Shown here: piece by piece, positions 29,296-38,516 of the stretch
How the letters are laid out: every line of letters starts with the position of its first letter
Position numbering within the stretch: the stretch's first letter is position 1
Origin: an archaeon
GTDB lineage: Archaea > SpSt-1190 > DYHY01
DNA: 64,000 nt
Direction: 5' to 3'
Assembly (NCBI GenBank): GCA_037442745.1
Contig: JBBIPP010000002.1
Coordinates: 32,001 to 96,000, forward strand
Notes under the pieces: model-generated
The model's input: only the letters and a program-made list of their open reading frames with translations
What the model was told of the DNA's origin: nothing
Database searches by the model: none
Translations under genes and position numbers: made by a program

Positions 29296-29312
29296 CAAAC
29301 CCTTATAAAGGT
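29296..29312 (+). promoter_or_regulatory. BRE/TATA element upstream of tfb
   Basis: AAACCCTTATAAAG about 45-50 nt upstream of ATG 29355. Confidence 0.45.
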
Positions 29313-29354
29313 TTCAAAAGCCAAATATTAAAACTTTTTGGTTTGGGGAAAAAA

Positions 29355-30284
29355 ATGGCTCTTTTGGAAAAAGACATGGAGGGGGTTATTCAATGCCCCG
29401 AGTGCGGAAGCAAGAAGATTTTCAAGGACAAAAGCAGAGGGGAAGTTGTCTGCGCGGCATGCGGCCTTGTTATTGAGGACGATATGGTTGATTTCTCCCA
29501 GGAATGGCGGGAGTTCGATTCTGGCGATTCCGACAAGAAGCGGAGGAGCGGGGCGCCCATTTCCCTTGCCCGGCACGACAAGGGAATCTCTACTGAAATC
29601 GGAATGGGATATGCCGACATTTTCCGCCTGCCCGCATCGAAGAGGCCCAAATTCTTCCGCCTGAAGAAATGGCAGCAGAGGATTTCCACAGCAACTGAGC
29701 GGAACCTAAAATACGCCCTTGCCGAACTGAAAAGATACACCTCGTTTTTGAACCTGCCCAATTCAGTTGAGGAGACAATCGCGCTTCTCTACAGGAAAGC
29801 AGTCTCAAAGGAGCTTGTCCGGGGCCGGAGCATGGAATCGGTAATTGCAGGAGCCCTATATGCCGCATGCAGGGAGCACGGCACTCCGAGGACTTTGGAC
29901 GAAATATCAGAGGTATCCCATGTCCCAAAAAGGGAAATTGGGCGGACATACCGCTTCCTCGCAAGGCAAGTTGGCCTCCGGATTCTTCCGACAGACCCGG
30001 CAGACTACATCCCGCGTTTCGCATCCCAACTAAACCTGTCAGGAACAGTTGTCACAAAGGCAATTGAAATACTGAAACAGTCAAAGGAGAAGGAACTCAC
30101 CAGCGGGCGGGGCCCAACAGGGGTTGCGGCAGCAGTCCTCTATATTGCTGCCCAGATTGTAGGCGAGAAGAGGACTCAGAGGCAGGTTGCAGACGTTGCG
30201 GGAGTTACTGAAGTCACAATCCGGAACCGCTACAAGGAACTTGTAAATGAACTGAACCTCACGAATCTCCAGATTGAGGAATAA
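29355..30284 (+). CDS. tfb: Transcription initiation factor IIB
   Basis: CPECG...CAACG zinc ribbon, EWREF, RGRSMES, GRGPTGVAAA and GVTEVTIRNRYKEL. Confidence 0.98.
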   Translation: MALLEKDMEGVIQCPECGSKKIFKDKSRGEVVCAACGLVIEDDMVDFSQEWREFDSGDSDKKRRSGAPISLARHDKGISTEIGMGYADIFRLPASKRPKFFRLKKWQQRISTATERNLKYALAELKRYTSFLNLPNSVEETIALLYRKAVSKELVRGRSMESVIAGALYAACREHGTPRTLDEISEVSHVPKREIGRTYRFLARQVGLRILPTDPADYIPRFASQLNLSGTVVTKAIEILKQSKEKELTSGRGPTGVAAAVLYIAAQIVGEKRTQRQVADVAGVTEVTIRNRYKELVNELNLTNLQIEE

Positions 30285-30352
30285 CTCCCGCCTCTCCGGG
30301 CGCTCTGAAAAAAGTCAATTATTAAAAATGAAAATTGGCAGAGTCCCCATGA

Positions 30353-31765
30353 ATGGTTGGGATACTTTTCGTTGAGCTCTCAATTGAATCCAAGAGGCTC
30401 AATTACGGAATAGCCTACCTGTCGGCAGTCTGCAAAGAGGCGGGGCATGAGACTGCCCTTTTGGAGGTCACCAACCCGGAGAGGAAAGAAATTCACCGGG
30501 CAATCCGGGCAAAGCTTCGGAATTTTCCGGCAAAAGTCCTGGCAATTTCCCTAAACGAGGTTTATTCAGACATCGGGGAGGAGGTTGCTTATGCGGCAAA
30601 ATCGACCGACCCATCAATACTTGTTATTGCCGGGGGAGCATATCCAAGCCTTGTCCCGGAGCAGGTCCTCTCTAGCCCGAACTTTGACGCAGTCCTGATA
30701 GGGGAGGCTGAAATATCCCTAATAAGCCTGCTCTCCTGCAATTCCAAAAATCCCCCGGAATGGAAATTCCCAAAAAAACTGAAAGGAGTCCATTACAAAA
30801 GGAACGGGAAAATAAGCAAAGGGGGCCTTCCAGTCCTCCCGAATTTGGATTCCCTCCCCCTTCCGGACATTTCCATCTTTGGCCGGAACGCTATTGCGCC
30901 AAGATTCGGGGGAAAGAGGCATATGGGGGCAATAGTTTCCCGGGGGTGCGTTTTCTCGTGCACATATTGCTACTCGAGCAGAATAGGGAACCCCGAGGGC
31001 ACTCTTCCCAGATATTACCGCAGATTATCCAATGACCGCGCAATTGAGGTAATTCGGCATGTGAGCGAAAAGGCTAGGCCTGACCGAATATTTTTCTTTG
31101 ACACTCTATTCTTCCCAAGCGTGAAAATTGCCGGGAAATTCCCAGAAATGTATTCCCGCGAAATCGGAATTCCCTGCTATGGAGTCCAAAGGCCGGATCT
31201 CTGCACGCGGGAGATGGCAAGGGCTATGAAGAAATGCCTTGCCGAGAACATTACAATGGGAATTGAATCAGCGTCCGAGGACCTTAGAAGAAGAGTTCTC
31301 GGACGAAACATTCCAGATGCGACCCTTGAGAAAGGGTTCAAAAATGTCCGCAGGGCTGGAATCTCCCCCGGTGCATTCTCAATGATAGGGTTTCCCTACC
31401 AGCCGAAAAATGATGTAATTGGAATATGCCGAATTAGCGCGAAAATCGCAGACTACAACAGCGTCAGCATGTTTTTCCCTGAGAAAGGGACTGTTCTAGG
31501 AAACCTCTGCCATAAGAACGGATGGGTTGATACATCAAAAAAACAGAGATCGTTTGGCGAAGCGAATACGGTTCTTCTGACGAACGGGGAAATGGACCGC
31601 GCGACAATAAACTCGCTTTATTTGGCGGTCTCGCCCCTGACAAAATATTACAAGCGGGATTTTCTCGGAATGGCGGTCGATTCAGCCCGCATGTTCGGGA
31701 GAATTGCCTTCGGGAGAGTTTTCGGCGGAGATTTTGCAGTTATAAAAGCCCTTGCCCCAAGATAA
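30353..31765 (+). CDS. B12-binding radical SAM protein
   Basis: YGIAYLSA, IAGGAYPSL, GEAE, SRGCVFSCTYC and GIESAS. Confidence 0.9.
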   Translation: MVGILFVELSIESKRLNYGIAYLSAVCKEAGHETALLEVTNPERKEIHRAIRAKLRNFPAKVLAISLNEVYSDIGEEVAYAAKSTDPSILVIAGGAYPSLVPEQVLSSPNFDAVLIGEAEISLISLLSCNSKNPPEWKFPKKLKGVHYKRNGKISKGGLPVLPNLDSLPLPDISIFGRNAIAPRFGGKRHMGAIVSRGCVFSCTYCYSSRIGNPEGTLPRYYRRLSNDRAIEVIRHVSEKARPDRIFFFDTLFFPSVKIAGKFPEMYSREIGIPCYGVQRPDLCTREMARAMKKCLAENITMGIESASEDLRRRVLGRNIPDATLEKGFKNVRRAGISPGAFSMIGFPYQPKNDVIGICRISAKIADYNSVSMFFPEKGTVLGNLCHKNGWVDTSKKQRSFGEANTVLLTNGEMDRATINSLYLAVSPLTKYYKRDFLGMAVDSARMFGRIAFGRVFGGDFAVIKALAPR

Positions 31766-31797
31766 TCCCCTTTTTGGGCGCGCACCCCTCCCAACAA

Positions 31798-33753
31798 CTA
31801 ACGCCTGAACGAGAGGAAGAGTGCGGGGATTGAGAGCGAAGAGAACACAATTGAGAAAAGCGCAACCGAATTCCTCAAAAAAGATTTTACGGAAAATCCG
31901 ACGGAGAAGCCCTCTCCCTGCCCGACTTTAAAAGAGACGCGCCCAATAGAATCCTCCCAAGCCGGGACTGCTTTTCCGTTAACAACAACTTCCACTTCCT
32001 CATGGAAGAAATAGGGGAGGGAGACTGAGCTCGAATTCGGGCAGATTCCCCGGGCATGCGCAACGCCCAAGCCCCCAGAAAACAAACATCCGGAAAATTG
32101 GCTGTCGTTCCTCGAGAACTGGAGTTCATGCGCGCGGATTGCCCCGAACTCCCCGACAACCCGTCCCGGGGAATTTTCGGAGGAAAACACTCTCCGAACA
32201 ATATACCTTTTTCTTGACAGGTCCTTTGATTCCTCTGACTCGGAAAAGGGGGAGGGTTGGAGAATCCCCCCGAACTCCCCTCCCGAAATCCAGGAGAAAA
32301 CCCCGGAGAAATATCCTCCGGAATACTCGTCAACAATGTCAATTTCGCTTTTCTCCATTGTTCCGAGGGGATTTTCCCTCCCCCAAAGCGAAGCTTCAAA
32401 GCCTTCTCCAGAGAGCGTCCCCGAAAGAAGGGGCGAAGGAAGAAGTTCCCCGTGCCGGGAAGCTTCATATCCGAAGAAAGACTCGAAGTGTTCCCTGTCC
32501 CCGGAAAAAGCCCCATAGGAGAGGGAAACAAAGGAAACTGCCGAAATAGCCAAAAGGGCAATTGCGAGTTTTCCTTTTAGGGACGAGCGAATACAACGGA
32601 AATCCGCAACATTTCCGGAGAAAGTAGAGAGAATTGCGAGGAAGAAGAAGGAAACGAAATGGCCAAAGAGCAGGACAGCGACTGCCCTTGGCGGGAAAAC
32701 GCTTGCTGGGATTGATGCTACAATTACCGCAAAAGCAGAGAGAAGCGCAGCTGAGAGAAGGAGCCGCCTTTTCCCGCCATCCTTTTCAACGAAGGCACCC
32801 GCGAGAGAGAGGAAAACCAAGATTGGCGCCAAATTAACAACCTCGTATGCAAATCGCCAATAATCAAGCTCCCTTCCAAGGCTGTTTGAAATTCCGCCAA
32901 TTACCGAAGGAATGTCCGAGACAGTTGCCGCAAGGTGAATCTGCAGGCTCCCGAACAGGATTGCCGGGGTTGAAAAGAGGGCAAGAGGAGCAATTTCCCC
33001 GAATTTCCCCGAGAGCGCAAGGTATGCTAAAGAGACAAAGCCGACGCACAAGAATATCCCCTGATGAAAGAAAAAAACCGCTCCCAAGAGGAGAGGGGAT
33101 TTCCAGGAGAGCCACCTGCCGGAAAGGAGGAGAGAGAAAAATCCCAGTGCAACGGCAGTCCCTATATAGACCTGAATGTTTCCGTGAGCGAAATAGCTGT
33201 TCCCCCCGAGGAAAATCCAGGAAAGGGCGGACAATGCGCCCGCCCGCCCCCTTCCGGAGAATCCAAAAATTGAGAAGGGGAGCGCGAGGAAAACAAGGAA
33301 CGCCCAGACTCTCCAAGAAAAGGGGGCGTTACCGAGGGAAAATGAGAGCGCTGCCGGAAGATAGCTAGCCCCCGGGCCGACGCCCGCGCTCGGAACATAT
33401 CCGGCGAATGGTTCGGGGAAGCTCAAAAAAACCCCTTCGGAAATTGCCGTCCGGGCAGTCTCATATTTGTAAAAATTCATTGGCCACTCGGAGAAAACGG
33501 GCGGTGCAGAGAGGAAGTTTCCGGAGAAAAGTCCGCAAGCAATGCAGAAAGAGAGGGAGGCCGAAAAAATCCACACACCCCTCCAAGAGTCGCGTTTCGC
33601 GAGAATCCCGAAAATTGAGGAGAGTATGAAGAGTGCGAGGGGGAGAGAGAACTGCCCGGGAAAGATGCTTTTTAGGGAAAGCAAAGAGAGGACTCCTGCA
33701 AGGAGGAGCAAGCCGGCGAATTTCTGGGCGCCCACTTCATTACTAGTACGCAT
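31798..33753 (-). CDS. Polytopic GT-C/YfhO-like membrane protein
   Basis: More than 10 TM helices plus a C-terminal soluble domain (PYFFH...VVVNGKAV) and a final TM. Confidence 0.55.
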   Translation of the reverse strand: MRTSNEVGAQKFAGLLLLAGVLSLLSLKSIFPGQFSLPLALFILSSIFGILAKRDSWRGVWIFSASLSFCIACGLFSGNFLSAPPVFSEWPMNFYKYETARTAISEGVFLSFPEPFAGYVPSAGVGPGASYLPAALSFSLGNAPFSWRVWAFLVFLALPFSIFGFSGRGRAGALSALSWIFLGGNSYFAHGNIQVYIGTAVALGFFSLLLSGRWLSWKSPLLLGAVFFFHQGIFLCVGFVSLAYLALSGKFGEIAPLALFSTPAILFGSLQIHLAATVSDIPSVIGGISNSLGRELDYWRFAYEVVNLAPILVFLSLAGAFVEKDGGKRRLLLSAALLSAFAVIVASIPASVFPPRAVAVLLFGHFVSFFFLAILSTFSGNVADFRCIRSSLKGKLAIALLAISAVSFVSLSYGAFSGDREHFESFFGYEASRHGELLPSPLLSGTLSGEGFEASLWGRENPLGTMEKSEIDIVDEYSGGYFSGVFSWISGGEFGGILQPSPFSESEESKDLSRKRYIVRRVFSSENSPGRVVGEFGAIRAHELQFSRNDSQFSGCLFSGGLGVAHARGICPNSSSVSLPYFFHEEVEVVVNGKAVPAWEDSIGRVSFKVGQGEGFSVGFSVKSFLRNSVALFSIVFSSLSIPALFLSFRR

Positions 33754-35188
33754 AAGCCGCGTCAAAAGTCGAAAGCCGGCCCTTCGACGAGTCGCTCTCG
33801 TATTTGACAAAATCTATTACGTTCGCGTGGACAGAATAATCAATGTTCATTCTGTATGATGGATCTGCAATATGGAGCTGAAAGAGGTTCTTTTTCCTCC
33901 AAGTCCTATTAACGAGCCTTATTTTGTCAAAGCCTGAGAAGAGAAGGCTTCCGAAAAGCGAAAGCTTTCTAAGTGTCACAATTCTCGGAAGGGCGACTGC
34001 CAGGCGCGCGACAGTCAGGGCGGGGTTCCCCTTTACAAGCGAGCTCTTCAGCACCCTTGTCGCCTTCTTCATTTCCGAAAACGAGAAATAGGACGAATAG
34101 TTTCCGCGTCTGTCAATATGCAGGATATTCGTATATCCCCGCCCCCATCCGAACTTGTAGGCGGCCTTTTCGCCGAAAAGCTCAAGAAAAATGTCGAAAA
34201 TTGCCTTCCTCATTTCCATGAAAGCGACAAAATCCTCCTTCCTGATTTTCCCGCCCGTCTGGGCCTCGAGAAGGTTCAGTATGTCTGACGGAGTTATTGC
34301 CTTTTTCGGGGAAATTGCAACCCTCCCTATCGGGGCAAGAGGCCTGAATATTAGCTGGGGAATTGCATCCCTATTCTTAATTGAAAAATCAAGCATTGCC
34401 CCAAGTTCGCCTTCGTTATATCCGGAAACAACTGTCGGGGAAAGGACAATTGTTATCCCGGCGTTCTTCAGGTTCCGGATTGCCCTCAACTTTTCGGAGA
34501 GGAGGCGTTCGCCTTTTGTTTCCTCATAAACCCAGTCGTTGAAGCTATCAAAGGACAGCTGGACGCAATCAAGGCCCGCCTCCTTCAGCTCCCGCACGAA
34601 GTTTTTGTCGTTTGCAAGGCGCTTTCCGTTCGAATAGACGTTCGTATAGTTGCCGTGCCTTTTCGCCACCCAGACAATTTCCGGCAGGTCGTCCCGGACA
34701 GTCGGCTCGCCCCCGGAAACAAGTATCTCTTTTCCGGCAATCCCAAATTCGGAAAGGAGCTCGTTGAGAATTTTCGGAGTGAATTCAATACGTTTCAGGC
34801 CTCCGTGTTCCCGCCCCATTTGCCACTTTGACAGGCACACCTGGCATTTGGCGTTGCATTTCGGCGTTAGGAAAACCTTGAAGAGCTGGGTCCTCAGATT
34901 CTTCATTTTGGAAATGGAGAGTGGCAGAGGGTCCACACGCGGGAGAAAAAGCCCGGCAGTTTCCCTGAAGAATTGGGAATCATTCTCCCTGAGAATGACG
35001 TTTCCTTTCCTGTCGCAGCAGGGGTTTTTTCTCATATAAACACGCCCGCCAGTTTCGAAAACCTCCGCCCCGACAATCTTTCTGCAGGAGGTGCACATGC
35101 TTTTGGTTTTGTAGAGGAGAGCCTCGCCTGCCTGACTGGTTTTGGCTGAATCGAACAGTTCTACAACTTTCTTGTTAAGATACGCCAT
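33743..35188 (-). CDS. Radical SAM protein with Tes/MJ0619-like N-terminal Cys domain
   Basis: TKSMCTSC...VYMRK..CC N-terminus, CNAKCQVC, SGGEPTVRDDL, NGKRLA and QLSFDS. Confidence 0.82.
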   Translation of the reverse strand: MAYLNKKVVELFDSAKTSQAGEALLYKTKSMCTSCRKIVGAEVFETGGRVYMRKNPCCDRKGNVILRENDSQFFRETAGLFLPRVDPLPLSISKMKNLRTQLFKVFLTPKCNAKCQVCLSKWQMGREHGGLKRIEFTPKILNELLSEFGIAGKEILVSGGEPTVRDDLPEIVWVAKRHGNYTNVYSNGKRLANDKNFVRELKEAGLDCVQLSFDSFNDWVYEETKGERLLSEKLRAIRNLKNAGITIVLSPTVVSGYNEGELGAMLDFSIKNRDAIPQLIFRPLAPIGRVAISPKKAITPSDILNLLEAQTGGKIRKEDFVAFMEMRKAIFDIFLELFGEKAAYKFGWGRGYTNILHIDRRGNYSSYFSFSEMKKATRVLKSSLVKGNPALTVARLAVALPRIVTLRKLSLFGSLLFSGFDKIRLVNRTWRKKNLFQLHIADPSYRMNIDYSVHANVIDFVKYESDSSKGRLSTFDAAYAY

Positions 35189-35238
35189 TCTTCTGGGAAA
35201 ATTGGCGCGTTTAAATTATTTTCCCGAAAAAGGCGGAA

Positions 35239-36705
35239 TTAGCCGGATTCCTCCGGAAGGAATTGAACATCCCTTGGAAGGAAGGGTTTGAAACTCTCCT
35301 GACTGGCCACGCGCGTCTTGATTTTCGAGAAAAGTCCAGGGAGCTCCTTTTCCCCAATCCCCAAAACAGGTTCGGAGAGCTTGCCAGTTTCCCAGTCTAT
35401 TTCCCGCAATACAAGGAAAGTTTCCCCGGATTTGACTGAAACCCACCTTTCCTCCAAAAAATACTTTCCATCAGTCGCACATGTCAAAATCGAGCTGTTC
35501 AGGGAATACCTTACGGACTGGTTCAATTCAGAGAAGAAATTCTTTTCCCATTGAATGTCCTCAAAATCCACAAAGGGAGCCTCCATTACAGCAAATCCAT
35601 CCCCCGAAAGTAAGGTCTCCTCAGTGTCCCGGGAGCCTAAAACCGAATATTCGACAGTTGCGCTGAGATCCTTTAGCTCAACCGGGAGGGGATAAACTGT
35701 CCCGCCAATTTCCGGATGCCAGATAATCAAAGGTATTCTGAACGCCCTGAACTCGTATTCGTGCCCGAACGTCCCTTCCTCTCCGAGCGCTTCCCCATGA
35801 TAGCTAGTGAAAACAACCAGAGTGTTGTTGGAGAGGCCCGAATTTTCAATGAAAGAGAGGATTCGTCCGATTTCCCTGTCAAGATGGAGGAGCTTGTCGT
35901 CATATCTCGCCGCGAGATATTCAATGTCATCGGAATTTACCGGGAACGATAAATTCATTTCATCGAAATATGCAACGCCTCTCTCGAGCCTGAAGAGCCC
36001 TTCGAGGGACTTGTTCGAAAGGGCTCCTGAATAGGGCAATTCTCCGAACACTTTCTCAACATAATTGAACTCATAGGGCCTATGAAGGAACCCTGTCTCA
36101 AAAAATGCTAGGAAGGGCGCATTTGCATCCTTTAGCTTTCCGAGGGAGAGGATGAACGAATCAACCTGGGCGGGAAGAATGTCCTTATCCCGCGAAAGAT
36201 ACTTGAAATACTCCTCCCTTCCTGCGCCCCGGACAAACCCCCTATTGTCAGTAACCGAGGAAGGGAGAAGCCCGTTAGTTGAAATAAACGTCGAATATCC
36301 AGAATCCGAAAAAAGCTCGAAAATGGTTGTTTCGACCGGGGGAACTTCACTTTCAAACCCGAAGACAACGAACGAGCCGTGCTCAGAGAGCCGTTTTCCT
36401 GAGAGAACCGATACTGAAGAGTCAAATGTGCTTATTGCTGGGGAGAACGCTTTTGTGAATACAATTGACTTGTCCGCAAACAAGTCGAGATTTGGGGTTG
36501 TGTTCCTCCCACTCCCCCCAAATCCAGCCCTTGTCGGAGAAAAGACATCGGCAGTTATTATTATAACATTACATCCAGGACAGCGGAAACGCTCCTGCAG
36601 ACTCACAAGACCAGCTGCCCTTTCAGAGGCAGGGATTGAAGAAAAAACCAGCGCGATGAGTACCAAAGAGGAAAATGCAATTGCGAAAGTTTTCCTAGCA
36701 GTCAT
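35239..36705 (-). CDS. Membrane-tethered sulfatase/alkaline-phosphatase-superfamily protein
   Basis: N-terminal TM, CPGCNVIIITAD, TTPNLD, LHRPY, YD...D.EIG, NTLVVFTSYHGE and IPLIIW. GGAGG precedes ATG 36705. Confidence 0.85.
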   Translation of the reverse strand: MTARKTFAIAFSSLVLIALVFSSIPASERAAGLVSLQERFRCPGCNVIIITADVFSPTRAGFGGSGRNTTPNLDLFADKSIVFTKAFSPAISTFDSSVSVLSGKRLSEHGSFVVFGFESEVPPVETTIFELFSDSGYSTFISTNGLLPSSVTDNRGFVRGAGREEYFKYLSRDKDILPAQVDSFILSLGKLKDANAPFLAFFETGFLHRPYEFNYVEKVFGELPYSGALSNKSLEGLFRLERGVAYFDEMNLSFPVNSDDIEYLAARYDDKLLHLDREIGRILSFIENSGLSNNTLVVFTSYHGEALGEEGTFGHEYEFRAFRIPLIIWHPEIGGTVYPLPVELKDLSATVEYSVLGSRDTEETLLSGDGFAVMEAPFVDFEDIQWEKNFFSELNQSVRYSLNSSILTCATDGKYFLEERWVSVKSGETFLVLREIDWETGKLSEPVLGIGEKELPGLFSKIKTRVASQESFKPFLPRDVQFLPEESG

Positions 36706-37859
36706 TCCTCCAAGTTTCCTCCACGAAGGCACCGGACAACTGTCCGGAAATCGGCATCAGTCCTAAAGCCGGTTTCCGAAAAGTGCGTTCTTTCTGCTAG
36801 CTTCCCCTCCCTGCGGAGCCTAGAGAGGAATTTCTCAAGATTCTCCGGACCGAATCCCCTATAGCTTGAAAGGGCGTGGTGGTCGTAGTGGAATCCCGGA
36901 AGCCGGGATTCCTTTGATATTTTGGAAAGAAGGCTTGCCGCTCCCAAAAAGCCCCTCTTCTCCGCCTGCGAAAGAGCCTCCTCACAAACGGATGAATCAA
37001 AAAGATGGCCGACATAGAGGGGGCCTATTTCCTTCATCCCGCCAGTTCCGCAAAAAGGGCACTTTTCAGGGGAGCCCCCCGCAGTTTCAGACCTGAAAGT
37101 GCACTCTGGGCACCATGAGAGAAAGCCAACCTGCGAGAGCGAATTGTCCGTTCGTGAGGCTCCCCTCTTTTTCTCGAAATAAACGCGGTAGTAGTGGTTC
37201 GAGGAGTGGCAGACAAGGGGCCTCAGGGCGCACTCGTATTTCGCGGCCATCCTCACTGCGAATCCTACAAGGACGCGGATTCCGATCTCGTGATAGAACT
37301 CTGTCTTGACAGTTCTTGAGAGATATTTCCTGAATGAGACTCTCGGATAGACTCCGCATAGGGAGGCAGGGTCGGTGGCAGTTATTGCTAGGAACTTGCC
37401 TGCGGACTGCGCTGCCAGGTCGAGGAAAGGGGCCGGCGAACCAAACGGGTCAATGTCGACAGCATCCCAGAATCTCTTCGACAGGAGGGCGTTTGCATTC
37501 TCGCAGACAACCTCGACAGATATTCCTCCCGAAGACCGCTCCTCAACAAGGAGGCCGTTTAGCCTGGCGTTCCTCCTTGTTGAATCGCACGCCAGCTTGT
37601 TTCTGTCCCCGCATGTGACCGCGACTCCAACAACCTCCTTTGCAATTCTTATCCCCCGAGCGCCAGTCCCGGAGAAGGGATCGCAAAAAGTACTCGGTCC
37701 AAGAGCCGAATAAACGCAAATTGAGAAATCCCGGGAGAGGGACTGGACTGGATTGTAAAATACTCCCCCTTTCATTGGTGATGATACGTTCGGGACAACT
37801 AGCCGGGTAGCTCCCTCGAGAATTTCCTTTTCCCCGAAAACACCCCCTTCCTCAGCCAA
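36702..37859 (-). CDS. trm1: tRNA (guanine26-N2)-dimethyltransferase
   Basis: VFYNP..SRD, SGTGARGIR, DIDPFGSP, TATD, zinc finger CPEC...CPFCG and RTHF...FRTDA. Confidence 0.95.
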   Translation of the reverse strand: MAEEGGVFGEKEILEGATRLVVPNVSSPMKGGVFYNPVQSLSRDFSICVYSALGPSTFCDPFSGTGARGIRIAKEVVGVAVTCGDRNKLACDSTRRNARLNGLLVEERSSGGISVEVVCENANALLSKRFWDAVDIDPFGSPAPFLDLAAQSAGKFLAITATDPASLCGVYPRVSFRKYLSRTVKTEFYHEIGIRVLVGFAVRMAAKYECALRPLVCHSSNHYYRVYFEKKRGASRTDNSLSQVGFLSWCPECTFRSETAGGSPEKCPFCGTGGMKEIGPLYVGHLFDSSVCEEALSQAEKRGFLGAASLLSKISKESRLPGFHYDHHALSSYRGFGPENLEKFLSRLRREGKLAERTHFSETGFRTDADFRTVVRCLRGGNLEE

Positions 37860-38316
37860 GGATTCGTCCGACCCCCTTCGGGACGAGCCTCTTCCAGGGG
37901 AGCCCCATTTTCATCCTTTTGCGCAGAATTGTGCCGGAATATTCCTTCCTTTTGAAGAACTTGTTCCTGAATACCGAAAATCCGGCCCCCCTGAAAAGCT
38001 TTCTGACAAGTAGGTTTCCGGAGACTGCGTAATCGAAATATCCGGATTTCCCGAGGAGAATTATTAGCCATTTCCGGTCATTACTAACATCCGGGACAGG
38101 AAAAACGGAAAAATTACATAGCCCTGAAGAGCCAAGCAAGCGGACCATTTCAGCCCTTTTCCAATATGTGTAGGGGTTCTTTCCGGTTCCGGCCCTGTTG
38201 CTCGAGCCTATTGCAACTTTGAGGAAATTTTCGCCGTTTCGGGAGAGATTCTTTAGGAGGAATTCATGCCCCTTGTGGACGGGCTGGAAACGGCCTATTA
38301 CTAGGATTGTCGCCAC
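37852..38316 (-). CDS. Nicotinamide-nucleotide adenylyltransferase (NadM-like)
   Basis: IGRFQPVHKGH, IGSS, NPYT, SGT.LR and W..LVP. Confidence 0.85.
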   Translation of the reverse strand: MATILVIGRFQPVHKGHEFLLKNLSRNGENFLKVAIGSSNRAGTGKNPYTYWKRAEMVRLLGSSGLCNFSVFPVPDVSNDRKWLIILLGKSGYFDYAVSGNLLVRKLFRGAGFSVFRNKFFKRKEYSGTILRKRMKMGLPWKRLVPKGVGRILG

Positions 38317-38516
38317 GAACAGCCAACTTTGCCCGACAGCGTTTTAAACCTTTCTCAAAATCGATTTTTCTGGAAAGGCTCGGGTTTTGGCCGGATTGAT
38401 GCACTCCCCAATATTTTCAGGGAAGTCAGGACGATAAAACTGTTCTGGAATACCAACTGAGCTAAGCGTGCGACTTGTTTTTAAAGCTCCTTTTCAATTT
38501 GGCAGTAATCCGAGAG

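Noticed and set aside
31887-33629. Several 100-220 aa ORFs overlapping the GT-C-like gene
   Set aside because: Alternative or antisense frames in GC-rich sequence; only the polytopic membrane frame is coherent.
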